DNA of 64,000 bases from Patescibacteria group bacterium (GCA_041661745.1 JBAZTR010000003.1:11965-75964), one strand, 5' to 3'; numbered from the stretch's first letter, positions 1 to 10,092 are shown. Program-made: numbers and translations. The notes: generated from the letters alone by a model not told the origin.

Positions 1-3000
1 CACAGTCACTGTCTTCGTTACAAGCAACGTCAGCTCCGGCAACTTTTTCAGAACAAAAACCCGAACCATAACAGAAATCAGTTGTCCCGGATCTAAACCA
101 ACCGTCGTAAGTGCCACTACCAATAGTCACGCCGCTCTTATATTCACAATCTTGCTCGCCAGGATCTTTAAAGTAGTAATTTCCGTCTTTGGTCGAAGCC
201 CATTCGGCACAGAACAATTCATCGTTCGAACACTGAATCGCCCCATAATTATCAGGCTGGTTTAAGACGTAGGTTGAAGTGAAACTTTCCACAACCGTGC
301 GATCCTGACTGAAAGTCGGTTTCCCGACCTCGATACAGCCCATATTATCGGCTTCGCAGGTAAAGCTCTGGTCAACCACAGCATACTTAACTTCATCGGC
401 CGGCACATAAACCGCTTCCGGGCCAAGTTTGATATTGTTTGGCAAAGGCACCGGCAAATTACCGTCGTAATCAAACTGACAATTGGTGTATCCGGCGACA
501 ATTGTACAAACTTCTTCGTCAGCCTCGTCAGCACCGTCCATGTTTTGATCAAAATGACAAACCGTGGCCGAAACCGCCGCGGCCCCGCTGTCGGTATAAC
601 AACTTAAATTATAATATTCAGTATAAGGCGAAGCGGAATTTTGCGTGTCATAAATTGCTTCACAACCAACCACTTCTTCCGAACACAAATCAGAGAATTG
701 ATAGAGGTACAAGGTTTGATCGTTTTGGTCGGTATATTCCTCGCAACCCAAATAATATTGATCCGACGGCGCGCCATCTGGCGTTTCGTCGCAGGTCGAC
801 GGGGTTACCCAGGAATCCTTAATAAGCGTTAAGTTTTCTTCGGTTTGTTCAAGCTGGACATTATCAATATAGAAAATCTGATCTTCATCAGAAGCAAAAA
901 AGGTTAGAACGGCGTTTTCATCAAAGCTAGAATAATCACTGCCCGAGGTATCAAGCGGCCCCAGTTCAAACAACTGCCAACCAGTGGTTAATTCCACGGC
1001 GTCATCAAAATTATGAACATCCCCTGCCCCACCGCCTTCGACTAAACTGGCGGTTAAACTGCCAGTACCCTTGGCCCAAAAACTGACAACAAAAGTTTTT
1101 CCAGCTGTTAATTCATCAACCAAAACGCCACAGTAGGTTTCACTATAATCAACAGTACACACGCCGTCAGTTGATTCGCAACCGGCTTCATCAGTGCAAG
1201 TCGAGCCAGTGGCACTGACATCATGAAGAACCTGAAAGGCATCGCTGCTGGAGCCGGCAACAACTCGCAAGGAGTGACCGTCAACGGCAACTGATTCATT
1301 GCTAACAGAAAGGGCTGGCGAACCATCAAAAATTTCCCAATTGTCGTAGCTCCCTTCCTCGAAGTAGTCATTAAAAATAACCGAGGAATTGCGACTGGAC
1401 CCGCCGGTGTATTCGCGACAACCGGCCGCGGCCGCGGAACAAGCTGTGCTTTCGTTTGGTTCAACAAAATATCGACATTCACCGGAAGCTGTAAAGTAAC
1501 CGCCCGAAGCGTCACAGTCGGTTTCGTTAGCATCGGTTTTGCGATAAGCTGTGCAGTCATCGGAAATACTGACAGTCTCTGAATATAAGCGATAGTGAAT
1601 ATCGCCGCTTTCATCGTAGAATTCGCGGCAGTCCGGCTCGGTCAAAATATCGGCGTGTTCGTTACATTCATTAAGGGCGGCCAAAGTCGCGGAATTGTCT
1701 TGGCATTCCAAAGTGCTTTCCGAAGTAACTTCCCAATTGGTACAAGGGGCATCACCGGCCGCGGTGTCATCAACCCCGGAGGTTTCCGAATAATTTATTG
1801 TGGCCGAAGAAGAAAGGTTGGATTTTAACAATTGATACGAAACCAGTTGGTAACCGGTTTGGTCTGATCCCTCCCAAGTAAAGTAAACAGCCTCGGCTTC
1901 GTCATCAGCCATTTCCGAAGTAACGCAGGCACGCAGATAGGAATAAACCTCAACTTGCTCGGTTTCTAAATTAGTAAATTCGTCACAGCCGACTTCGGAA
2001 GAACCGCAAGCCTCGGCCGTATCGGCAATAAAATAAAGCGGAAATTCGCCGGTATCGTAAGCCGTGTCTTCCTGAGCGTAAGTGGTGTAACCAACGCATT
2101 CCGCCGGACACTCATCGCCATCGGCCAAAATCGCGGGCACAGCCGGATCGCCGTCAACCGGTGTATAAAGTGAGCAACCGGCATCAGTGGCCGAACAAGA
2201 CGCGGCGTAATCTCGACAAGCGGCGGAATCGTTTTCATCGCCCGAACAACCAAGCCAATCGGGTGCCAACTGTAAATATTTTGCCGTTTCCGTACCACTA
2301 TTGTAGCCTTCGTGGAAACTTGACGGGCTGGTCTTGGCCTCCAGCTGAATAGCGTCAACATACAAACCACCACTGGTCGGCTCAATGGACAAACCAGCAA
2401 TAATAAACAACCGTTCGTCATCCAAAATTGGTGTGGTAAAAGTACAATCAAAGCTTTCCATTTCTTCGTTGTCAGCATTGGAAAGACTTAAAGTAACCGA
2501 ATCAGTGGCAATAGTGCAATCAGAGCTATAGCCGGCCAAATCCACAGCCGAATTGTCCGAAGCCACCAAATCTAAAGTAATAACACCGTCATCAGCGGCC
2601 GTGTCACCTTTGGCAAAAACGGAAATGGTGTAGAAAGTTCCCTGCTGAAGGGGAATGCCGCTTTGCGTTAACAAATCACTGGTCGAATCCAATAAATGAT
2701 AAGAATCGGTTCCGGAATAACTGTTGGAACCTTCTTCGTCATAATCAGACGAAGCCGAAAGTCTTGCTTCCCAGTAATCGGCCACGCCATTATCGTCTTC
2801 GTCATCCTCAAAACCGGGATTGCGAATAACGTTCAACGATACTTCGTCGCCAACCGGATACACTTCAGAACAACCAACCGAGGCCGCGGAACAAGATTGA
2901 ACATCGGCATTAAAATAAATTCTGTCTTCGTAAGAATAAGTATCGTAAGAGTAATCGGCCGTGCCATCATTGCTTGTGTCGTAAGAATAGGTCACCCGCG

Positions 3001-5011
3001 GGGTTGAGACCCCGGCCGAAAAAGCCAAAACATCGTTAGCGCGACCGTCGGCAACATAAACTTCGTCCCCCGGTAACCATTCGTAGCTGTCATCACTTGC
3101 ATCAGCGGTTCCGGCGTCGTCAAAATACTTATTGGTGCGATACCACATGCAACCGGCACTACTCGCCGAGCACAATCCTTGATCCAAAGTATTAAACAAC
3201 CAGGTGCCCGCGGCCGAGGTATCAGCATTGGTAAAACTTAAACAGCCGGCATATTCCGCAGGACAGGAATCGCCATTAAAATTCCAAGTGTTCATTTCCC
3301 GGGTGCAATAGCCGTAGCCTTCGCAACTGCCATCAGCGCCTTGGGACAAACAGCTGGGCGAGTCCACGCAAGCGCCAGAACGACCGGAAATCATGGTGGT
3401 TAAAGTTTGCTCGCCAATCATGGAGGCTAAACACTGTTGACTGGGGTATTTTAAAACCCAATTTGGATCAATTAAGTGGCACCATGGATGCTCGGCATCG
3501 GCTTTATCATCGCTATTACAATAATTAAAACCATCAACTACTTCTTGCAAAGTAATCGGACTACCCCCGGAATTTTGTTCAGAGGCTGCAGCTAATTCCC
3601 AACCAATGGGAATAATGCGGGCTTTACGCATTTTTACCAAGTTCCCGTAACAGTAGCCATAGGTGTAACAAAGTGGATCTTGGTTATGTCTTAAATCATC
3701 CGATCGGTAAAGCGGCCACTCGCCATGCAAAAGACCATCATTAATAGCCTGAGAGACGGTCATGGTTTCGGTAACCGTGGTTCGAGAAACAGCTTGAAGA
3801 AAGTTAGCATCCATGACGCAGTTGTTGATTTGGCGGGTCATGGTGGAAGAGGCCGGGCAAGTAACAAATTCGGTTAAAACACTATAACTATCCAAGCTGA
3901 GCTTGGTGGTGGAAACCAGGCCGGAATAAAATTCTTCGGCCGCGCCGCGATCCCAAGAGGTTGAGCCGCCAATTCCTTCACTTAAATCTATTTCTTCATA
4001 AGTAATTCCCTTAAGAATACCGGTTTGAATTTCATCAAACCATGTCGACAATAAAGTATTGGTGAAAATCGAAAGAGCACTCATGCCAACCTTGGACCAA
4101 ATCGACGAATCAGACATGATATCGTAAAGGGCGCTTGTTTTGGTGTCATCAGCTTGGGAAAATTTACTATTAACTGTTGATTCAACCAAAGTGGCCGGCG
4201 TCTTAACTTTGCCGGTTACCACATCAACAACATCTTTAATTCCATTTTTAGCCAAGTACTCTTCAAATAAAACCCCTTTTGTTTCGGCCACTTCTCCCTG
4301 CACCGTCATATTAACTCCCACCACATAAGACAAGGTGCTCTGCCCCGGTTCCAAACTTTCGGCAAATTTTTCCAACATGTATTTGGAAGGATCTTCGGCT
4401 GTCTCTACCGCACTCTGATAAAAACTCGACCAATTGGTGGAAATCTGTTGCCAATCGCATTTGGGCTTGGGCGGATCGTACATCCCGACAATACCGAGCT
4501 GTAAACTTAAACGAAGCATTGGGTCTGGTGGCGCACAAAGGTTGAACTCAACATCGTAATAATCACTAATTTCCTCGCTTAAACTGCCGATGGCGTTGGC
4601 CGCGACATCAAGACCAAAAGTATTCCAAGCCTCTTTGCCGGTAAAAATTTCCACTAAGGGCGTCTGGCCATCGGCACCGGTCGCGAGCCACACCGCTGTA
4701 TTATAAGCCATGGTATCAACCAAATAACTGATGGCATCAAAAGACAAAGTGGCAATAATTGCCTGAATTACTGGACTAATGACGTTGTTATGAACATCGT
4801 CAACAGTTTTTGACACGGCTTCCGCAGGTTGTGAAACAAGCGGATTAGGCACGCCACTAGCCGAGGTAGCGGCTGATTTTATGATTTGTTCGGGAATTGA
4901 CAGCGGCACTGTTTTATCATTTGAAGCGGCCGAGGCAAAAAGTGGCGTTGATAAAAAAACTGAGACTGTTACCAACCCCAACAGAGACATTAATATTTTT
5001 TTGCGCAACAT
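1..5011 (-). CDS. Giant Cys-rich secreted/surface protein (>1670 aa, 3' end runs off the window)
   Basis: ATG at 5011 gives MLRKKILMSLLGLVTVSVFLSTPLFASAAS (signal-peptide-like). The same frame reads ...DVACNEDSDC at the left edge. It is missing from the ORF track because there is no stop in the window. Contains many Cys/Asp/Gly motifs and N-x-(G/S)-F-E motifs (RNPGFEDED, NDYFEEG) typical of CBM-like jelly-roll starts. Confidence 0.85.
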   Translation of the reverse strand, partial: MLRKKILMSLLGLVTVSVFLSTPLFASAASNDKTVPLSIPEQIIKSAATSASGVPNPLVSQPAEAVSKTVDDVHNNVISPVIQAIIATLSFDAISYLVDTMAYNTAVWLATGADGQTPLVEIFTGKEAWNTFGLDVAANAIGSLSEEISDYYDVEFNLCAPPDPMLRLSLQLGIVGMYDPPKPKCDWQQISTNWSSFYQSAVETAEDPSKYMLEKFAESLEPGQSTLSYVVGVNMTVQGEVAETKGVLFEEYLAKNGIKDVVDVVTGKVKTPATLVESTVNSKFSQADDTKTSALYDIMSDSSIWSKVGMSALSIFTNTLLSTWFDEIQTGILKGITYEEIDLSEGIGGSTSWDRGAAEEFYSGLVSTTKLSLDSYSVLTEFVTCPASSTMTRQINNCVMDANFLQAVSRTTVTETMTVSQAINDGLLHGEWPLYRSDDLRHNQDPLCYTYGYCYGNLVKMRKARIIPIGWELAAASEQNSGGSPITLQEVVDGFNYCNSDDKADAEHPWCHLIDPNWVLKYPSQQCLASMIGEQTLTTMISGRSGACVDSPSCLSQGADGSCEGYGYCTREMNTWNFNGDSCPAEYAGCLSFTNADTSAAGTWLFNTLDQGLCSASSAGCMWYRTNKYFDDAGTADASDDSYEWLPGDEVYVADGRANDVLAFSAGVSTPRVTYSYDTSNDGTADYSYDTYSYEDRIYFNADVQSCSAASVGCSEVYPVGDEVSLNVIRNPGFEDDEDDNGVADYWEARLSASSDYDEEGSNSYSGTDSYHLLDSTSDLLTQSGIPLQQGTFYTISVFAKGDTAADDGVITLDLVASDNSAVDLAGYSSDCTIATDSVTLSLSNADNEEMESFDCTFTTPILDDERLFIIAGLSIEPTSGGLYVDAIQLEAKTSPSSFHEGYNSGTETAKYLQLAPDWLGCSGDENDSAACRDYAASCSATDAGCSLYTPVDGDPAVPAILADGDECPAECVGYTTYAQEDTAYDTGEFPLYFIADTAEACGSSEVGCDEFTNLETEQVEVYSYLRACVTSEMADDEAEAVYFTWEGSDQTGYQLVSYQLLKSNLSSSATINYSETSGVDDTAAGDAPCTNWEVTSESTLECQDNSATLAALNECNEHADILTEPDCREFYDESGDIHYRLYSETVSISDDCTAYRKTDANETDCDASGGYFTASGECRYFVEPNESTACSAAAAGCREYTGGSSRNSSVIFNDYFEEGSYDNWEIFDGSPALSVSNESVAVDGHSLRVVAGSSSDAFQVLHDVSATGSTCTDEAGCESTDGVCTVDYSETYCGVLVDELTAGKTFVVSFWAKGTGSLTASLVEGGGAGDVHNFDDAVELTTGWQLFELGPLDTSGSDYSSFDENAVLTFFASDEDQIFYIDNVQLEQTEENLTLIKDSWVTPSTCDETPDGAPSDQYYLGCEEYTDQNDQTLYLYQFSDLCSEEVVGCEAIYDTQNSASPYTEYYNLSCYTDSGAAAVSATVCHFDQNMDGADEADEEVCTIVAGYTNCQFDYDGNLPVPLPNNIKLGPEAVYVPADEVKYAVVDQSFTCEADNMGCIEVGKPTFSQDRTVVESFTSTYVLNQPDNYGAIQCSNDELFCAEWASTKDGNYYFKDPGEQDCEYKSGVTIGSGTYDGWFRSGTTDFCYGSGFCSEKVAGADVACNEDSDC

Positions 5012-5015
5012 AAAA

Positions 5016-5735
5016 TTATTCTTCGACGGTTCCGGTCGAAGTGGCGGTTTCGTCTGGACTGATCAACGAGTCCAGTTCCCCGGAAGTTTCGGCTTGTGCC
5101 AAAGCTGTTTGCAACAAAGCCATAACTTCCTCGTCACTCATTTTATCGACAGTGTCTTTAGGCACCCCTTGAGTTATTAAAATAGAACGAACTTGATCAG
5201 CCCCCATGTTTGAAAAATAATCGGTAATTTCATCGGTCGATTCAAAAGTTAAACTGGAACCAGTACCGTTCCCCATTCCCAAAAGCTGAGACAACAAGTC
5301 ACTGCCTTCGGAGTCGCTTGTTTCTTCGGCCGAAACCAGAGTCGAGGCGCTACAATCCTTCCCTTCCGGACAGTTGGGATTATTATTGGAAAAAATTTCC
5401 GTATTGTCATCAAAACCATCGGAATCAGAATCAGCCAAATACGGACTGGTTTTATAAATATACAGCTCGTCGTAGTCCATGAGGCCGTCGGAATCGGAAT
5501 CAGTGGTTTTTTGCAATTCAACCGCGGCCGCTTCCTGTTCGGAAAGTGTTAAAAATTTCTCGCCCTGATAATTAGCCAACTGAACTTCGAACGGCCGACT
5601 AAGACTGGCAGAAAAAGATTTAAAACCAAAAGTTACGCCCAAAATTCCAATTATCGCCAACAAAACAAAAACTGCCTTTTCTTCTTTTGAAAGGTTCTTT
5701 TTTATTCTATTTCCAATCTCCCTTTGATCAGCCAT
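5016..5735 (-). CDS. Membrane-anchored protein with thrombospondin type-3-like Ca-binding repeats
   Basis: N-terminal TM helix; DSDSDGLMDYDE...ADSDSDGFDDNTE motifs. Confidence 0.75.
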   Translation of the reverse strand: MADQREIGNRIKKNLSKEEKAVFVLLAIIGILGVTFGFKSFSASLSRPFEVQLANYQGEKFLTLSEQEAAAVELQKTTDSDSDGLMDYDELYIYKTSPYLADSDSDGFDDNTEIFSNNNPNCPEGKDCSASTLVSAEETSDSEGSDLLSQLLGMGNGTGSSLTFESTDEITDYFSNMGADQVRSILITQGVPKDTVDKMSDEEVMALLQTALAQAETSGELDSLISPDETATSTGTVEE

Positions 5736-5808
5736 AGACTGAGAGTATTATAACACATTTTATTAACGATTGGGGGAGAAAAAACTGTCAAAAGAGCCAG
5801 GGTGTGGA

Positions 5809-6612
5809 TTATTTTTTAAACAATAACGAAAACAACTTTAACCAATCGTTCGGGGTCAAATTTTCCGCTCTGGATTTTTCGTCCAAAGCGATTTTTTTAA
5901 GAGTTTCTTTGGCTTTTTCTGAGGAACAGACTTTGGTCTTAGCTAAATTGCCATGCAATTGTTTTCGACGAGAGGAAAAGCCAGCTTTCACAATTTTTAA
6001 AACCTCTTCCGGATCAATACCACCCAACCGTTCGGTTCTTAGGTCTAATCGAACCACAGTGGAATCAACTTTCGGCGGTGGATTAAAGGCGCCGCGCTTA
6101 ACTTGCATCATTTTTTTGCCTTCAGCATACAGCTGACAAGCAATGGAAAGAACACTGGTCTTGGGCGGAACCGCCAACAAACGATCGGCGACTTCGCGCT
6201 GAACCATTAAGGTTAAACGCTTTGGCCGCGGTTTGACAGTAAATAACTTTTCCAAAATCGGCGAAGTAATGTTGTATGGAATGTTGGCAACAACAGAATA
6301 ATCTTTATTAATAACACGACGGAGTTCTTTCCAAACTTCGTCAGACAAAATATCACCGTAAACTAACCTCACCCCGTCCCTCTCCTTCGTAAGGAGAGGG
6401 AGAATTCGTTGCAATGGTTCAATTAGATCTTTGTCGGCTTCCACGGCCACAACCTTGGCCCCGGCCTCAAGCAAGGCCGTTGTCAAACTTCCCCGCCCCG
6501 GGCCTATTTCTAATATCAAATCGCCGGCCTTAACGCCGGCCGCTTCAACAATTTTACGGACAATATTTTTGTCCGTAAGAAAATTCTGCCCAAAAGATTT
6601 TTTGGCTCTCAT
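5809..6612 (-). CDS. rsmA: 16S rRNA m6,2A1518/1519 dimethyltransferase
   Basis: KKSFGQNFL, LEIGPGRG, ANIPYNIT, F-x-P-x-PKVDS motifs. Confidence 0.97.
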   Translation of the reverse strand: MRAKKSFGQNFLTDKNIVRKIVEAAGVKAGDLILEIGPGRGSLTTALLEAGAKVVAVEADKDLIEPLQRILPLLTKERDGVRLVYGDILSDEVWKELRRVINKDYSVVANIPYNITSPILEKLFTVKPRPKRLTLMVQREVADRLLAVPPKTSVLSIACQLYAEGKKMMQVKRGAFNPPPKVDSTVVRLDLRTERLGGIDPEEVLKIVKAGFSSRRKQLHGNLAKTKVCSSEKAKETLKKIALDEKSRAENLTPNDWLKLFSLLFKK

Positions 6613-7190
6613 ATTTTTATTGAACCCTCGCGCAAAACAATAATCTTGCCATCCTTTTCGGTAATTATTGTCGAGGGGCGACGGTGTGGTAAACGACCAG
6701 CATCCAAATAATCATCAGGGCGATCACCTAATTGTTTTTTTACCGCTCGCGCCGAGTAACAAGTTGGCCGCCCGGACAAATTGGCCGAGGTGGAAACAAT
6801 CGGCCGACCCAAACGTCGCGACAAAGTACGAGCGATCGTGTGCGATGAAGCACGAACAGCAATTGTCCCCTTCTGAACCACACCAGATGGTAGTTTTACA
6901 CCATGGCGAAGTGACACAACGACCGTTAAAGCCCCCGGCCAATATTTTTTTACCAATTTTTTAATGGCCGGCGAAAAAACCGCATATTTTTCGGCCATTT
7001 TTAAATCAACGACAATCAAGGGAAAAGATTTTTCTTTTGTTCGCCCCTTAATAACAAAAACCTTGGCAACCGCCTTGGCATTAGTTGCATCAGCCGCCAA
7101 ACCATAAGCGGTTTCCGTTGGGAAAACCACAACCCCACCAGCTTTTATGGTGGCCACGGCTTTGTTTATTATTTTATCTGATAAAGACAC
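6609..7190 (-). CDS. tsaC: L-threonylcarbamoyladenylate synthase (YrdC/Sua5)
   Basis: VVFPTETAYGL, KGR, WPGALT, STSANLSG, PSTI. Confidence 0.95.
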   Translation of the reverse strand: MSLSDKIINKAVATIKAGGVVVFPTETAYGLAADATNAKAVAKVFVIKGRTKEKSFPLIVVDLKMAEKYAVFSPAIKKLVKKYWPGALTVVVSLRHGVKLPSGVVQKGTIAVRASSHTIARTLSRRLGRPIVSTSANLSGRPTCYSARAVKKQLGDRPDDYLDAGRLPHRRPSTIITEKDGKIIVLREGSIKI

Positions 7191-7192
7191 AA

Positions 7193-8131
7193 TTAACGTC
7201 CTTTTTGTTTAAACCACTCGACGGTTTTTTGTAGCCCGTCGTCAATTCTAACCTGTGGCCGCCAAGCCAGTTCCTTGGCGGCTTTACGACTATCCAAAGC
7301 CGAACGGAAAACTTCGCCCGGGCCCGGTGGACCATGACGCTCTGGTAAGTCAGAATTGGTAATTTTTTTAAGTTTTCTAAAAATTTGATTAATATTAACT
7401 TCTTTCCCGGTTCCCAAATTAAAAATTCCATGAACGTTTTTTGTTAAAGCTAACATGTTGGCGCGAACAATGTCTTCAACAAAAACAAAATCTCGCGATT
7501 GTGTTCCGGCTCCGTTAATGGTTATCGGCCGACCAGCCAACATTCGTTCGGTAAAAATAGCCACCACCCCGGCTTCCCCATCCGAACGCTGACGCGGGCC
7601 GTAAACATTGGCATAGCGCAAAACCACGCAGTGAAGGCCGCGGACCGCGTGTTCAAAATTTAAATACATTTCCGTGGCCCGTTTAGAAATGGCATAAGGT
7701 GAAAGTGGTTGTTCCACGGTTTTTTCGGAATAGGGCGGACGAATGGAATCCGAATACATAGCTCCGCCGGAGGAAGAAAAAATAATCTTTTTAACCCCGT
7801 ATTTTACGGCCGCTTCGGCCAAAGCCAAAGAACCCAAAAGATTAATTTTGGCATCGTTAAGTGGATCTTTAACCGAATGACGAACATCAATTTGCGCCGC
7901 CAAATGAAAAATCACGTCGGGTTTAATTTTTTCGATCAACTTCGGCAAGAGTGGACTAGTTATGTCCATCTTAAAAAACTGGGCATTGGGATTAACATTT
8001 TTCTGACTGCCAGTCGACAAGTCATCAACAACAAAAGTCTTAATTCGTCGTTGAATTAAAGCATCAACAATGTGCGAACCAATGAAACCGGCCCCACCGG
8101 TTACCAAAGCTCTTTGAATTTTTTTTGCCAT
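7193..8131 (-). CDS. NAD-dependent epimerase/dehydratase (UDP-glucose 4-epimerase-like)
   Basis: TGGAGFIGSH, HLAAQ, YAISK, RYANVYGPRQ, RDFVFVED. Confidence 0.92.
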   Translation of the reverse strand: MAKKIQRALVTGGAGFIGSHIVDALIQRRIKTFVVDDLSTGSQKNVNPNAQFFKMDITSPLLPKLIEKIKPDVIFHLAAQIDVRHSVKDPLNDAKINLLGSLALAEAAVKYGVKKIIFSSSGGAMYSDSIRPPYSEKTVEQPLSPYAISKRATEMYLNFEHAVRGLHCVVLRYANVYGPRQRSDGEAGVVAIFTERMLAGRPITINGAGTQSRDFVFVEDIVRANMLALTKNVHGIFNLGTGKEVNINQIFRKLKKITNSDLPERHGPPGPGEVFRSALDSRKAAKELAWRPQVRIDDGLQKTVEWFKQKGR

Positions 8132-8164
8132 ATTTCTTGTGTATGGACAACCCTGGAGTTGTCC

Positions 8165-9284
8165 TTATGTGTCTTTATTTTCTTTGGCCCAACGATCGGA
8201 ATCGCCCAAAAGCTTTCTTAAATAAGCTTCAATGAATTGATCAATTTCGCCATTCAAAATTCCTTGCGTATCGGCTGTTTCAAAATCAGTCCGATGATCT
8301 TTAACCAACTGATACGGCTGAAGAACATAACTTCTGATTTGATTGCCCCATTCGGCACTCTTGAATTCCCCGCGCAGTTTCTTTTTCTCGGCCGCCAATT
8401 CCTGTTCTTGTTTATGAAAAAGTTTGGAAGCCAAAATCTTCATGGCCGTTTCCTTATTCTGTTGTTGACTGCGTTCGTTTTGGCATTGCACGGTAATGTT
8501 GGTGGGAATATGAACAATGCGCACGGCCGAATAAGTGGTGTTAACCGACTGACCACCCTTCCCGCCCGACATAAAAGTATCAATGCGCAAATCTTTAGGA
8601 TCAATGGCAACCGCGGAAATTTCTTCGAGTTCGGGAATCACCTCAATTAAAGCAAAGGAGGTGTGACGCATTTTTTCCGCGTCAAAAGGCGAGATACGCA
8701 CCAAACGATGGACACCGGCTTCGGATTTCAAATAACCAAAAGCGTAACGGCCGGCCACGCGAAAAGTCACGGATTTAAAACCAGCTTCCTCACCGCGCGA
8801 TTCCCACAAAACATCAACGGAAAAATTTTTCTTTTCGGCAAAACGTGTCAACATCCTAAACAGCATCTCGGCCCAATCCATTGCCTCGGTTCCCCCGGCT
8901 CCGGCGTGAATGGAAACAATGGCGTTGCTGGTATCGTGCTCACTGCAAAATAAAACAGTAAACTCCAACGCGGAAAATTTCTTTTCAATATCGATCAACT
9001 TATTCTGAATTTCATCACGCAAATTTTCGTCACCTAATTCAACCAAATCTTTGAGCTCGACTAATTCTTTTTTTATTCCCTCCCAAACTTCAAGTTCAGT
9101 CCGCAAATCAGCCGCCTTTTTGGAAACCTGTTTAGCCTTATCCTGATTAGACCAAAAATCCGAAGAGGCCATTTCGGCCTCTAGTGCTTTGACCTCAATT
9201 TTTACCCGATCAAGGTCAAAGTAACCCCCAAGTCGCGACCACGCGTGCCTGGAGGCTCTCAATTTTATTTAATAAATCTTTCAT
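8165..9284 (-). CDS. prfB: Peptide chain release factor 2 with programmed +1 frameshift
   Basis: ATG 9284 MKDLLNKIESLQARVVATWGLL, then GGGGG-TTA-CTT-TGA-C (CTTTGAC at 9221-9215); the +1 frame continues DLDRVKIE...; SPF and GGQ motifs present. Confidence 0.96.
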
Positions 9285-9285
9285 A

Positions 9286-9328
9286 AGGGCTGGAGAAGCT
9301 TGAGAGGCCGGAAAGGCTAGAAAGGCCT
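9286..9328. repeat. 9-mer tandem array, one arm of an inverted repeat flanking the four-helix-bundle gene
   Basis: AGGGCTGGA-GAAGCTTGA-GAGGCCGGA-AAGGCTAGA-AAGGCCT; imperfectly complementary to 9704-9746. Confidence 0.85.
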
Positions 9329-9703
9329 TATTTCGGTCCCAATTTTTTTGATGAATCTAAACAGCAAGAAATCCGTCTGTGTCCTCAGGTCTTCAAGATA
9401 TTCATATTCAGTATCGTTTAGGTACCCTAAGTCTTTCGAAAGTTTCAAGAAAAACTGACATTCCCACAAAGACCCTTTGGCTATATTAAGAAAACGTAAA
9501 AAATCTTTATCCGACGGCTTGGCACGACCCTCAACAATATTGGCTGAAACAGATACCGCGGCTCGGCGTAATTGACTTACAATTCCGTATTTCTCTTCGT
9601 TTGGAAAAAACTTGGTCAGTCTATAAACTTCGATGACAAATTCATAACTCTTTTGCCAAGCCAAAATATTTTGATATGGCTTATTTGTAATAATTCCATC
9701 CAT
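9317..9703 (-). CDS. Four-helix-bundle protein (23S rRNA IVP / Avd-like family)
   Basis: LAWQKS...VYRLTKFFPNEEKYGIVSQLRRAAVSVSANIVEG...FLRFLNIAKGSLWE family signature; start chosen at ATG 9703. Confidence 0.92.
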   Translation of the reverse strand: MDGIITNKPYQNILAWQKSYEFVIEVYRLTKFFPNEEKYGIVSQLRRAAVSVSANIVEGRAKPSDKDFLRFLNIAKGSLWECQFFLKLSKDLGYLNDTEYEYLEDLRTQTDFLLFRFIKKIGTEIRPF

Positions 9704-9746
9704 AAGCCTCTCAGGCATTTCAGGCCTTTCCAGCCTTTCAAGCCCT
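9704..9746. repeat. 9-mer tandem array, the other arm of the inverted repeat flanking the four-helix-bundle gene
   Basis: Reverse complement AGGGCTTGA-AAGGCTGGA-AAGGCCTGA-AATGCCTGA-GAGGCTT. Confidence 0.85.
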
Positions 9747-10074
9747 ACAACTTAATCTGCTTGGCATACCTACCCAAAACCGGAATCTCCCATTCCTCAC
9801 CATTAAGAGCATGAACAATTCCAAGAATAACCAACACCAACAAAATTATCGAGCCCAACATCCAAACCAACTGACCAAGAATCGGCACAATGTTGCAAAC
9901 CCAAAGCACCAACCAAGCAATAAAAAGGACTAATCCCTGTTTACCGTGAAATTGGCAATAAGCACTGTCTTTTTTGGCCAATAATGGGACAAGGCAAAGC
10001 AGCCCCAGATACCCAACAGCGGCAACCAATTTGTTTTCATCAATATCCTTAGTGTTACGTGGTGTTTTTTCCAT
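9745..10074 (-). CDS. Small integral membrane protein (DUF4870/Tic20-like)
   Basis: AAVGYL...FHGKQGLVLF...GIVHALNGE...IPVLG pattern; 3 TM segments. Confidence 0.8.
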   Translation of the reverse strand: MEKTPRNTKDIDENKLVAAVGYLGLLCLVPLLAKKDSAYCQFHGKQGLVLFIAWLVLWVCNIVPILGQLVWMLGSIILLVLVILGIVHALNGEEWEIPVLGRYAKQIKL

Positions 10075-10092
10075 AATAATTTCAATTAATTT

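Noticed and set aside
262-5180. Many short ORFs listed in the track on both strands
   Set aside because: They are shadows of the single giant minus-strand CDS that lacks a stop within the window.
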